Counted from the first letter of the stretch, positions 7,645 through 16,786 are shown. The stretch is DNA of 18,074 nt from Bacteriovoracaceae bacterium (GCA_049599895.1 JBMYPC010000060.1:1-18074), one strand, 5' to 3'. Notes: generated by a model not told the origin, from the sequence alone. Translations and numbers: made by a program.

Positions 7645-8358
7645 CTATCTTTCAAAAAGAAAATTAACTGAATTTCCTTTCAAAGATCGTACGTGTAAAA
7701 GAACCTTGTTTCTAATTAGGCTTTGTGGAACTTCCCACTCTGCGACGAATGGTGTTTTCTTATAAGGACAGTATTGGCTTATAAGTTTCATCTTAGGAAG
7801 AATCGAAAATGTATCAACTCCGTTGTCGATATAAACAACTTCATCGAATGCCATACAGTCACTTGGCTGGTAACCATGTAAAGCCACTCTTCCTGTTCCT
7901 GGAATCACTTGAATATATTCAATGTTTGCATAAAGAAAATCATCAACTGTTTCACTTACAGCTTGTTTTACAATAAGATCAGTCTTCGCTTCATGAGTTG
8001 ATCCTCTATTGATTGTCACCTTATAAGTCCCCTCTTTTAAGACACCAAGATTTATAACCTCAAGAAAGGGAACAATCATTGGAGGACAAAAAGGGTTACT
8101 CTCATCATAGCTTAAGGCTGTTGCCTTAACTTCAATTGCATTTCCATTAATAAAAACTTCAGAATCAGGGTTTTTTGTACAAGCATTTGGGAGATGACCT
8201 TCCATTACAACTTGGACATTATCATTAGAATCAAATCCTAATGGTGCATAGACATGACTCACTAATGCTGGAACAGGCGTTGGCGGAGCCGCAAAGGCTG
8301 ACTGGCCAAGAATAAGAACAAAACTTGTTAAGATACATGTTGATAAGAATGCTTTCAA
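7645..8358 (-). CDS. Exported hypothetical protein with an internally duplicated beta-rich, Cys-paired domain
   Basis: Signal peptide ending AFA-A; AAGGAG SD just upstream of TTG 8358 favours this start over 8385; similar halves G.LPNAC...FCPPMIVPF and G.QPSDC...YCPYKKTPF. Confidence 0.75.
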   Translation of the reverse strand: MKAFLSTCILTSFVLILGQSAFAAPPTPVPALVSHVYAPLGFDSNDNVQVVMEGHLPNACTKNPDSEVFINGNAIEVKATALSYDESNPFCPPMIVPFLEVINLGVLKEGTYKVTINRGSTHEAKTDLIVKQAVSETVDDFLYANIEYIQVIPGTGRVALHGYQPSDCMAFDEVVYIDNGVDTFSILPKMKLISQYCPYKKTPFVAEWEVPQSLIRNKVLLHVRSLKGNSVNFLFER

Positions 8359-8469
8359 ATCAGACTCCTTTTGAATTTTTGGCAACGAAAAAAGAATACA
8401 AAACCAAATATGAAGTGAATCCTATCCCTATCAAACATAGTTTTGATTTCAAAGAACAAAAAAGATGAG

Positions 8470-9387
8470 CTATGTCAGGCTATTGAAGGAGTAATGAAAT
8501 GATGTCCCAAACTCTGACTCGTCGATGCTGAGATGGGTCTTCTGGGCCTCTAAGAGGCGTTGTCCGTCGATCCAAACATCTTGTCTAAGATACGGCTCTT
8601 TACTGGGAGCCAGTAGAGATAGCTTCTTATCATGAACAGTAAGTTTTAGAGTCTGGCCATCTTCAGAAGTTAAAGAAAGTTTCGTTGGCTGCGACTCGTC
8701 AAAGAACTCGAAAACTTTAAATAGTGTCATAAGAAGTGAAAACTTAACCACTGAATCAGCTGAAAAGCTGTGGCTTTTTTCATCGACAATGAGCTCTACG
8801 CCATTTTTTTGAAATATTTTTCGATAATCACTATTAAGAGTTTCAACCAATTCTTCAAGAGTATAGGTTGGTTCAGAAAGAGAAAAACTTGTATGACTGG
8901 TTAAGTTTTTTATGGCATTGATGAGCTCTGTCACTTTGGAATCAACAAGCTCAAATGTCTCTTGAAGTTCACCTTCTCCAAGAGTATCTTTTTTTATTTT
9001 CCTTTGAACGAGATAAGATCGACCTGCAATACCGGCAAGATGGTTATTGGCTTCATGAATAAGAGTGGCGACACTTTGATCTAGAAAAAAGCTTCTCAAA
9101 AACTTTTCTTGGGTTGTTCCTAACCCCTTAGGGTGATGAACATACTCAGAGCTTAAAGAGTTGTCCTCATTATAAAGTAAAACTTGAAAGAATAAATCTC
9201 TCATCGCTTCACTTGAAATTTTTTTTTCAAACTCTATAAAATCATTTTTAAGAACGTGAAACTGAATTCGAAAAAGAGATAGAAAAGCATCGTCTTGAAT
9301 ATCAGCTTCACTTTCAATGACCATACAGTCATCAAGATTTAGACTTTCAGAGAGATCTTTCGATCTGTAAACAATATCTCTTTTCAT
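8470..9387 (-). CDS. Degenerate histidine-kinase-like protein (intact H-box, eroded ATP-binding domain)
   Basis: H-box ATLIHEANNHLAGIAG; no N-box Asn, LTVHDKK in place of DxGxG, residual terminal GTSF strand; no transmembrane segment; ATG directly follows the upstream TAG. Confidence 0.65.
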   Translation of the reverse strand: MKRDIVYRSKDLSESLNLDDCMVIESEADIQDDAFLSLFRIQFHVLKNDFIEFEKKISSEAMRDLFFQVLLYNEDNSLSSEYVHHPKGLGTTQEKFLRSFFLDQSVATLIHEANNHLAGIAGRSYLVQRKIKKDTLGEGELQETFELVDSKVTELINAIKNLTSHTSFSLSEPTYTLEELVETLNSDYRKIFQKNGVELIVDEKSHSFSADSVVKFSLLMTLFKVFEFFDESQPTKLSLTSEDGQTLKLTVHDKKLSLLAPSKEPYLRQDVWIDGQRLLEAQKTHLSIDESEFGTSFHYSFNSLT

Positions 9388-10758
9388 CTAATGTTTCTCT
9401 ACTAACTTAAATAATGCTTCATAGGCCGGTTTAAAGTTGTCTGTTCGATAACTCTCAGGAAGTCCTTCAACGAAAGCCTTCGCCCCCCCAACATAGAAAT
9501 CAGACTCATAGAGAAAGTCAACAAGGGTATGAGAGACACAAAACACTGTTTGAAGAAATGAAAATTGTGATGCATGAATCCCTCTTGGAAACCCTGTTCC
9601 ATCTGGCTTTTCATGATGGTCCTCAATGACTTTTAATATATCTTCATCTCCCACATCAATTAGCTGAGACAGAATTTCTTTTCCTTGCTTAGGATGATCA
9701 AGCACTATTTGCTTTTCAACTCGAGAAAGCCCTTCAATATCTTTTCCTCGAACTTTGGCAAGCTTTTCTGAATCCAAAGCAATGTCATGAAAGAGAAAGG
9801 ACCAAAAAGTTTTTCTTGCGAGAGAAGGTTCAAATTTGCCTAAATTTGAAAGGACTTGAATTCCAACATAGGCCCCAAGAATACTATGAGAAGATAAATA
9901 CTCTCCCGATGAAGAAAACTCTTCAAGAATTTCCCCAAGCTTTTTCTTTTTTTGAATTTCATTTGAAATCAGCTCAATTTGTTGATCAACTGAATTCATT
10001 ACATTTTTTGAAATCCCTAAGTACTCTAGAGTTAATTTGGAAAATAAAAAAACGGATGTTCCTATTTCACATTTTTCCAGCTTCCTTTTATCAACATAGT
10101 TTTTCTCAAAAAGATTTTTTTGAAGCAAAGAAAGCATCTTATTAAGATTTGCCATTTCAATGTAGACAAGCTCACGATTCTCATTTTGAATAAAATGTTC
10201 GAATTGCTCTTTATTCGTCTCATGCTCGGCTTCACTTAAAAACTGAACATATTTTTCATCATTCAGTTTCTTATAAGCGTTAAAATTATAAAACTCAGTC
10301 TTTTGAAAAACACTTGAGGCAATTCCAATGTAAACTTTTTCAAATGGAACAGGCTCAGTGACAGACTTTACTTCTGCTGAGCTTGCATCAATTCCTTTTT
10401 TGATTGCTTCAAAAAGAGTCTCATATTCAAACGGCTTTTGAACAATCCCTTGAAAGAAATCAACCTCCTCATGATCGTTAAACTCTTCATAATCATCAAG
10501 ATAACCACCACTCAAAAGAAGAAACGGGATTTTATTATCGTTTTCCTTAAGATGCTTGAAGAGAGTTCCCCCTGTTCCATCCTGCATCGAATAATCTGAA
10601 ACAATAAGGTTGTAACTATTATCTTTAGACAAGACTTCAATTGCTTCATTTCCAGAGCTCACTTGATCAATCTCAATTCCTTCGACCACCTCTTCAATGA
10701 TAGTGGCAATCATCTCTCGAAGTTCAACCTCATCCTCTACAAACAACATCTTTGGCAT
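9388..10758 (-). CDS. Response regulator: receiver domain plus HD-GYP-like domain
   Basis: REC: LFVEDE, LIVSDYSM, LLSG, QKPF; HD-GYP: SSHS, FHDIAL, DHPKQG, HHEKPDGTGFPRGI; GAGG SD. Confidence 0.88.
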   Translation of the reverse strand: MPKMLFVEDEVELREMIATIIEEVVEGIEIDQVSSGNEAIEVLSKDNSYNLIVSDYSMQDGTGGTLFKHLKENDNKIPFLLLSGGYLDDYEEFNDHEEVDFFQGIVQKPFEYETLFEAIKKGIDASSAEVKSVTEPVPFEKVYIGIASSVFQKTEFYNFNAYKKLNDEKYVQFLSEAEHETNKEQFEHFIQNENRELVYIEMANLNKMLSLLQKNLFEKNYVDKRKLEKCEIGTSVFLFSKLTLEYLGISKNVMNSVDQQIELISNEIQKKKKLGEILEEFSSSGEYLSSHSILGAYVGIQVLSNLGKFEPSLARKTFWSFLFHDIALDSEKLAKVRGKDIEGLSRVEKQIVLDHPKQGKEILSQLIDVGDEDILKVIEDHHEKPDGTGFPRGIHASQFSFLQTVFCVSHTLVDFLYESDFYVGGAKAFVEGLPESYRTDNFKPAYEALFKLVEKH

Positions 10759-10924
10759 TTATCCCTCAACCTCTTTTAAAGACCTATAAACACGAAATTC
10801 TAAGATATTGAATATTTTAAAGCAGTTTTAATTTTGAAGCTATAGAAACTCGATGAAGCAAAGCGCAGCAGGGCTGTTCTAGTAACCAAAGTCAACTCGG
10901 TGAGTTAAAAAATGATGGAACCTC

Positions 10925-12415
10925 TTAATCGTTGTCGTATCGTGAGGTGTTACAAGAAAAGTGAATTGGGAAATGATCTGAAATTAACTCTTTATAAACC
11001 CGATAAAAACTATCATCATATAACTGGTCAAGAAAGACCCGCTCTTCGAAGTCTGAAACCTGCTCATCAACTCTATAGTTATCTAAAACGATCTTATTTC
11101 TTTTAACGACTTTCTGAGATAATAATTGCCTCTTGTACCGCGCTAAATGCTCATTCATATTTCTTAAGCCTTTTGAGGTGGCAAGATAGTCAAAATCTTC
11201 TTCGGGACTTTGAGATACATAGTTTGAGCGAATCATATATTTTTTAGCAATTAAAGAATGAGTTTTACCTTTCGTAAAATCATACCTTGAAACCTTTGTG
11301 CTGCAGTTTGAGCGAATCTTGGAACGATCCCACATAACGTGATCGTAACTTTTCGAAAATCCTTTGGTTTCTTGGCCTGTTGAATCATAACGAAAATTAG
11401 TCAGAGTGGTTTCATCTTCACCATCAAGAGAGTAATCAGTTCGTGACAATATTTTCTGAACATAAGAATTTTTAGGCTCAAGATTCATATCTCCAAGAAA
11501 GATAAGATCCCCTTCAGAATAATCCCTATGATACTGGTTCATAAACTTAAGGATAACTTTCATTTCAACGACTCGTGCGTAATTCATTGAATTAACGCCT
11601 GATTCATGAAGATCATCCATATCTGTAGCTCCAAAGAACTTCGACAGCATTTCAGTTGATTGATTAATATCGCTTGGAGCATTGTGAATAAAATGAGATG
11701 TCATCAACGTAAAGTCGAAACGACGTGCACGAAACTTTGCAAGATATGGTCTTCTTGAAAAATAGCTTTCATAGTCATCATCTAAGAAGTCAGAGTTAAG
11801 GGCCGGATAGCAAGCAAAGTTCTTTCCTCTAGGCTCAGATTTAAAATCAAGACAATGCTCATCTTCGATAAGCTCGACCTTACTTCTTCTGTAGTAGAAA
11901 CCGACATATTCTTTAAATGGTGAAGACTCTGCAAGGGGCGATGTGATCAACGACCACGAAGGATCAAGTTTTTGCAGAGCTTTTAAAAGGGAAAGGTATC
12001 CTGGTTGAACATAAATCTTCTTCTCTGAAGTTCTTGGATTTCGTCTTCCAATATACGAAAGTAACGCTTCGTTGACCTTCCGGTCTCGCCCAAGAACTGG
12101 CTGAATCTCTTGTGCGGCAAGAACATCAAAATTATCGATAACTTTTGCCACGATATCCAAATCTTTAAACTTAGCGACCTTTCCACCCAAGTGATAAAGG
12201 TTAAAGCTTCCAATTTCAAGATTGTTTGAAGCACGTCTTTGAGTTCGCCTTGGTGAAGTCGTTAGCCGACTTTTAAAATGGTGATAAGAGTCTGTGCATT
12301 CAAAAACAATATTGTTTGAGCTATTGAAACGCTTTAATTCAAGGCAGATTTCTTCCGCCGATAAAACATAAGTATAAGAAAATATAAGGGTTATAGTCAG
12401 CAATATTTTAAACAT
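10925..12415 (-). CDS. Secreted endonuclease/exonuclease/phosphatase (EEP, DNase I-fold) family protein
   Basis: Signal peptide; catalytic motifs in order SFNL, AAQEI, EYVGFYY, RRPY, TSHF, LGDMN, YDHV, SDHFPI. Confidence 0.9.
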   Translation of the reverse strand: MFKILLTITLIFSYTYVLSAEEICLELKRFNSSNNIVFECTDSYHHFKSRLTTSPRRTQRRASNNLEIGSFNLYHLGGKVAKFKDLDIVAKVIDNFDVLAAQEIQPVLGRDRKVNEALLSYIGRRNPRTSEKKIYVQPGYLSLLKALQKLDPSWSLITSPLAESSPFKEYVGFYYRRSKVELIEDEHCLDFKSEPRGKNFACYPALNSDFLDDDYESYFSRRPYLAKFRARRFDFTLMTSHFIHNAPSDINQSTEMLSKFFGATDMDDLHESGVNSMNYARVVEMKVILKFMNQYHRDYSEGDLIFLGDMNLEPKNSYVQKILSRTDYSLDGEDETTLTNFRYDSTGQETKGFSKSYDHVMWDRSKIRSNCSTKVSRYDFTKGKTHSLIAKKYMIRSNYVSQSPEEDFDYLATSKGLRNMNEHLARYKRQLLSQKVVKRNKIVLDNYRVDEQVSDFEERVFLDQLYDDSFYRVYKELISDHFPIHFSCNTSRYDND

Positions 12416-12584
12416 AAATTTGTGTTCTCTTAAATTTATGTAAAAATTTTAGGCTGAACGCACAGTAAATGACAAAAAAACTTGGGTACCTAACTATCTT
12501 AAATTATACATGTCAGACAATTTAAGTATATTTTAAATCAAATAAAAATATTCACATTTTGCCCACACGCATCAAGATCTTGTG

Positions 12585-15500
12585 CTACTTTCTGATGAGT
12601 CTTCTCAAGTCATTGATTCTTTTAATATCGCTTCGCCGCACCCCGCGAACACCTGAGCCCGCAGGAAGCCGAAGGCCATGAAGCAAGGTTGCCTTGATAA
12701 CAAGGTCGGTATATTCACGACTATAAGCTTCTTTCTTTGCTTGATTAAAGTTTGCTTTGAGTTTTTTATGAGCAGCCTGCTCTTCAAGATAATGAGCTCG
12801 AGTATTAATATAGCTTCCACCATAGATCGCTTGCGCTTCCGAGAGAAATTCAAAGTTATCGTATTCAAGAACAAAATCTGAAAGAAGAATCTCTCCCGTA
12901 TCTCCACTGAGAAGATAATTTTTGACATAAACGTCCAACTGCTCGAGATCTTCCACTGTATTCTCAAGCTCACCTAACATGGTCGGAAGAAGAATACGAT
13001 TTCGAACAAAAGAGTAAAGATCTTGCCCAGGTGTTCGGTTCACCTGCGCTCTAACTCCCGAGAGATTCGCTTGCTCTTCACTTTGGGTATAAGCGTACAG
13101 ACCAGTATTTCTCAATGCTATGGGATCATTCAACGACTTCTCAAAGGCCCTATAAAGATCGACACTCTCCTCACCAATAAAAAGTGGCCACCTCAGTTTG
13201 TCATAAACAGGTCTTTCATCTTTCCCCATTACCAGCTTAAGATTGTCTCTTCTAATCATTAAAGATTCTTTGGCTTTTTGATCAAGATAGTCTCGAATAT
13301 AAGCAATGGTTAAATAATCAAAAATACTTTCTTCATTAATGATTTGAAAAAAAAGATCTTGGTCAAGCTCTCCTTCAGCTTCAAGTTCACGAAGTAAACG
13401 ATCATTCAGTTTTTTAAGGCCAACTCTAAGCTGATCTTTATCGAGAAAATAACTGGTTTGCATTTCTTTTGAGAGATTCTTTGCGAGACTAAGGAGGACC
13501 TCTAGAGCGTCTCCGTCATAGAGATATTCAGAACTAACGGATCGACCAAGTTCAGCTCGGTCAAGATAGCGATCACTGACTATTTGTTTCTCCATTAAAG
13601 CTTGAATAAGTTCTGGTTCAAAGGCATTGAAGAAAAAGTCTTTTTCCTCTTCGCTCATTCGCTCCATGTGAAATGAGTTTTCAAGCTGCATCTTTTCAAC
13701 CACTTGCTTTTGTACAATTTTTGAAAGTTGTTCTTGATATTTTTTAAAACATTCAGATGTAATCTCGCTAAATAATGCGTCTTTATTTGTAAGGGAAAAC
13801 CCTTCTAAGGCTTCATCAATAGCAACAGAATAAGAATCCACATCACCTTTTGCATGTGCTGGATAAGCTTTGAAATAATCAAAAACGCTATAGACTTTTG
13901 TATCATCTTTCCAAACAAAATCTATCGCTCTATTAAAGAGATCGAGGCTAGCTTCTGAAACCTCTCCTTTGAGTCTTTTCATCACTTTTTCTTGGGTACA
14001 ACTGATAAGAACCTCATCTAGAACCTGTTGATCCTTTTCATCAATATCATCAAAAGTAAGAAGTTTGAGCTTATTTGCTTGCAAACCAAGCTCAACGATT
14101 GAAAAGAAAATGCATCCCTCCGCATAGTCTTTATAAAGCTTAGAAGTCATTCCTAGAACATTTGAAAAACGTTTCAAACATAATTTTGTATCATCAGCTA
14201 ATCTTAAAAGCTCAAGGCCTTCAATTCGATCAAGTCCAAAATATTGAGGTATTGTGTTTTCAAAAGTTTTTTGAGCGAACCGAAAGTTGACTTCTTCAAT
14301 CCTCTGCATCTCACATATTTCAATAAGGCTTGAAAGACTCTGAGTCTTATATCTTTGATTTAAGGTAATACACTCATCAATTCTCTGTGAAACGAAATTT
14401 AATTTATCCTTATCATTTTCTGAAAAATAGTATTTTGCCTTTGCGGCAGAAACATTTTTATAAGTCTCAACGATAAGCTTTTCCCCTGCAAGCTTGATTG
14501 ATTGCGTAGATGGAGCAGTTGAATTCGTCATCGCCTCTTGAAAATAAAAATCTAAAGCTTCGCTTACAGAAGTTTCTGACTCTGGATCGGTTAAGTCTTC
14601 TGGAACGAATGGATTAAGAACTTCCCTTTGAATCAAGTCTTCATTTAAAGCCCTGGCCTCTTCATCATTTTGAAACATTGAATAAAAGGACTCTCTGCTC
14701 AACTTTACATGCATTTGTGCTTCAGCGTTTTCAAGCTCACCACCGAGGTCTTCAAGGTCTTTAAAATTCTCAATATCACTGGAGAACTCTTCCAATCGCT
14801 CTTTTTTACTTTCTTCAGTAATTGGATAAATCTCTAATAGCTCAGGAAGAATCTTTTTCTTATAAGATTTTACAACAGCTTCCATCAGGCAGTCCTTCTC
14901 ACTGCACTTTCCTTTAGAGGTTAATAACTCATAATCTTTAAAAATGAAGTCGTCCCAGATCTCTTGAATCGAATAAGGATAATCTCTTTTATTAACAAAG
15001 TTAAATTTGCGACTTTTTAAACATTGTCTAAATTGATGAAGACTCTTAAAAAGCTCCTCTCCTGGATCTTTAGACTCTTTTTGTTCTTCTTCGACGAGAG
15101 GGACCTCTTCAGTTTCTTCTTCAATAGGAGAATCAAAGTCCATTAGAGAAAAGTCTAAAACATCTTCCTCTTCCTTAGTCTCTTCCAGAACAGAAGAAAC
15201 ATTTGCGTCTTCTGTCTTGTCTACAATTTCGTTAAGCTTTTTGTAAAAACAACTTTCAACCTTTTCAGAAAGCTGAATCTTCTGGCCAAGATCTGGAAGC
15301 TCATTCAACGATCTTTGAAAGACCTCGACTGATTCGGCACAAAGCTTATATGAGAGTGAATTTTGCTCTTGAGCACAACTTTGTAATAATCGATCAATTT
15401 CACTTAGAACAAACTGGTCATCAAGATTGCTTTTAAGATATTCAAAACTTGACTTATGGTAACAATTTAATAATGACTCTTTAACTTCTTCCCTTGTCTC

Positions 15501-16664
15501 AAAGCTCACTGGATTTAACACTTTTTCATTGAATTGATCTTCTCGTATAACATCCTTTTCAATTAGACATTGAAAAAGACTTGAAGATGTCTCCGGTTTT
15601 TTTAGAGAAAGAATATTAAGTGTTTCTGTTAAATAACAATCGGGAACCTTTTCACAAAAGGGAATGGTTTGAATATCAGAAAGTTCAATCCCTAACTCAG
15701 GAAGAAATGAATTAAAATATCGAAGCTCTCTAGCTCGCATCTGGGGAGGGTCGACTTTATTGAAGTTTCGTGGAACATCGATATTTGTACGATAACCCTC
15801 TTGATTCTTTTCGAGTGAAGCTGAAACCTGGCGATAGTGCTTTACGGCTCCGTCACCTATGTAAAACCCTATTTGAAGATCACCATTACCACGCTCTTTA
15901 AAAGAGAATTTGAGAAGTCTTTCACCTCTAAGATCTTCCTCTTCATCATCCAGCATTAAACTTGCATCAAGAATGAGATTTTCATAAAGGCCATAACTTC
16001 CATCTTCTTCTTTCGAAACAATAATATCACTTAATGGTCTTCCGTTTTGTCTCGTAAAACTCAGTCCAAGAATTTCACCGTCTTTATTCTCTGGAGCACG
16101 AACTGTAAAACCTTCTCCATTCAGATTAAAATCAAAAAGCTCATGAGATCTTACAACATCGAGACCTTCATTTGAGCTTAACTTTCTTTCCTTTTGATCT
16201 TCTAGCTCAAGACCATCGATAGCGTTAAGTGAATCAGACTCAAGCTCTGTTCCTTGACTTTCACTTAAAGGCCCTGTGTAAAGATGAATCACTCGACATA
16301 AAGCCCCTTCGCTTTCTCTATATTTAAATCCATTTAAAAGAGAGAAGAACTTATCTCTTTCATGAGCCGGAATTCCATAAGTTTGAAAAACGTCGAGAAG
16401 TTTTGCCTGAGAGATTCGAATCTCTTTTGGGCTTGAAATATTAAACTTCCAACGTTTCACTGGTGCAGGTCTTAATGTTAAAACGAGGAGATCGTCTATT
16501 TCTTGGTGGTCTAGACTCCATGAAAGCTTTCCCTGGGAATAGGTATAGAGCCTCGTTCCCTCTCCTGAAGCTTGAAGGTTTTGAGGGTAAATGCCAGCAT
16601 AAAGCAATAGAACTATTGCAAAAGGCAACATAACCGATTGAATTTTAAGGCACTTTAAGCCCAT
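12585..16664 (-). CDS. Large (1359 aa) exported hypothetical protein, acidic, mostly helical with spaced cysteines
   Basis: Uninterrupted 4-kb ORF; GGGAG SD; hydrophobic leader ending LQA-S; no catalytic motif recognised. Confidence 0.85.
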   Translation of the reverse strand: MGLKCLKIQSVMLPFAIVLLLYAGIYPQNLQASGEGTRLYTYSQGKLSWSLDHQEIDDLLVLTLRPAPVKRWKFNISSPKEIRISQAKLLDVFQTYGIPAHERDKFFSLLNGFKYRESEGALCRVIHLYTGPLSESQGTELESDSLNAIDGLELEDQKERKLSSNEGLDVVRSHELFDFNLNGEGFTVRAPENKDGEILGLSFTRQNGRPLSDIIVSKEEDGSYGLYENLILDASLMLDDEEEDLRGERLLKFSFKERGNGDLQIGFYIGDGAVKHYRQVSASLEKNQEGYRTNIDVPRNFNKVDPPQMRARELRYFNSFLPELGIELSDIQTIPFCEKVPDCYLTETLNILSLKKPETSSSLFQCLIEKDVIREDQFNEKVLNPVSFETREEVKESLLNCYHKSSFEYLKSNLDDQFVLSEIDRLLQSCAQEQNSLSYKLCAESVEVFQRSLNELPDLGQKIQLSEKVESCFYKKLNEIVDKTEDANVSSVLEETKEEEDVLDFSLMDFDSPIEEETEEVPLVEEEQKESKDPGEELFKSLHQFRQCLKSRKFNFVNKRDYPYSIQEIWDDFIFKDYELLTSKGKCSEKDCLMEAVVKSYKKKILPELLEIYPITEESKKERLEEFSSDIENFKDLEDLGGELENAEAQMHVKLSRESFYSMFQNDEEARALNEDLIQREVLNPFVPEDLTDPESETSVSEALDFYFQEAMTNSTAPSTQSIKLAGEKLIVETYKNVSAAKAKYYFSENDKDKLNFVSQRIDECITLNQRYKTQSLSSLIEICEMQRIEEVNFRFAQKTFENTIPQYFGLDRIEGLELLRLADDTKLCLKRFSNVLGMTSKLYKDYAEGCIFFSIVELGLQANKLKLLTFDDIDEKDQQVLDEVLISCTQEKVMKRLKGEVSEASLDLFNRAIDFVWKDDTKVYSVFDYFKAYPAHAKGDVDSYSVAIDEALEGFSLTNKDALFSEITSECFKKYQEQLSKIVQKQVVEKMQLENSFHMERMSEEEKDFFFNAFEPELIQALMEKQIVSDRYLDRAELGRSVSSEYLYDGDALEVLLSLAKNLSKEMQTSYFLDKDQLRVGLKKLNDRLLRELEAEGELDQDLFFQIINEESIFDYLTIAYIRDYLDQKAKESLMIRRDNLKLVMGKDERPVYDKLRWPLFIGEESVDLYRAFEKSLNDPIALRNTGLYAYTQSEEQANLSGVRAQVNRTPGQDLYSFVRNRILLPTMLGELENTVEDLEQLDVYVKNYLLSGDTGEILLSDFVLEYDNFEFLSEAQAIYGGSYINTRAHYLEEQAAHKKLKANFNQAKKEAYSREYTDLVIKATLLHGLRLPAGSGVRGVRRSDIKRINDLRRLIRK

Positions 16665-16685
16665 AGAGACATTCTCCCACTATTG

Positions 16686-16713
16686 CTATCGGTTAATTAC
16701 TTGATTTACTTGA
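16686..16713 (-). promoter_or_regulatory. Putative sigma28 (FliA)-type promoter for the 1359-aa gene
   Basis: Minus strand reads TCAAG, 15 nt, ACCGATAG, ending 21 nt upstream of ATG 16664; consensus TAAA-N15-GCCGATAA. Confidence 0.6.
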
Positions 16714-16714
16714 T
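16697..16714. repeat. Perfect tandem 9-mer TTACTTGAT x2
   Basis: Copies at 16697-16705 and 16706-16714. Confidence 0.75.
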
Positions 16715-16742
16715 AGTCTACTTTTTAATCAAATTAATGATT

Positions 16743-16769
16743 TAAGCTATCTTTTTTACATGCCGATAG
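16743..16769 (+). promoter_or_regulatory. Putative sigma28 (FliA)-type promoter for the 386-aa gene
   Basis: TAAG (16743-16746), 15 nt, GCCGATAG (16762-16769). Confidence 0.7.
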
Positions 16770-16786
16770 AGAGTTACGTTAAAATT

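Noticed and set aside
8430..8447. Inverted repeat ATCAAA-N6-TTTGAT upstream of ORF 8358
   Set aside because: Only 6-bp AT-rich arms, expected by chance; orientation does not match an FNR box.
10843..10912. GC-richer intergenic patch with small hairpins upstream of the HD-GYP gene (riboswitch, ribozyme or terminator?)
   Set aside because: No c-di-GMP riboswitch or hammerhead core motifs in the right order; stems are 5 bp and the T-run precedes rather than follows the hairpin on the minus strand. An Rfam/Infernal scan would settle it.
12651..12670. CAGGAAGC resembling the SRP RNA core
   Set aside because: Lacks the full conserved SRP domain IV pattern and lies within a coding region.
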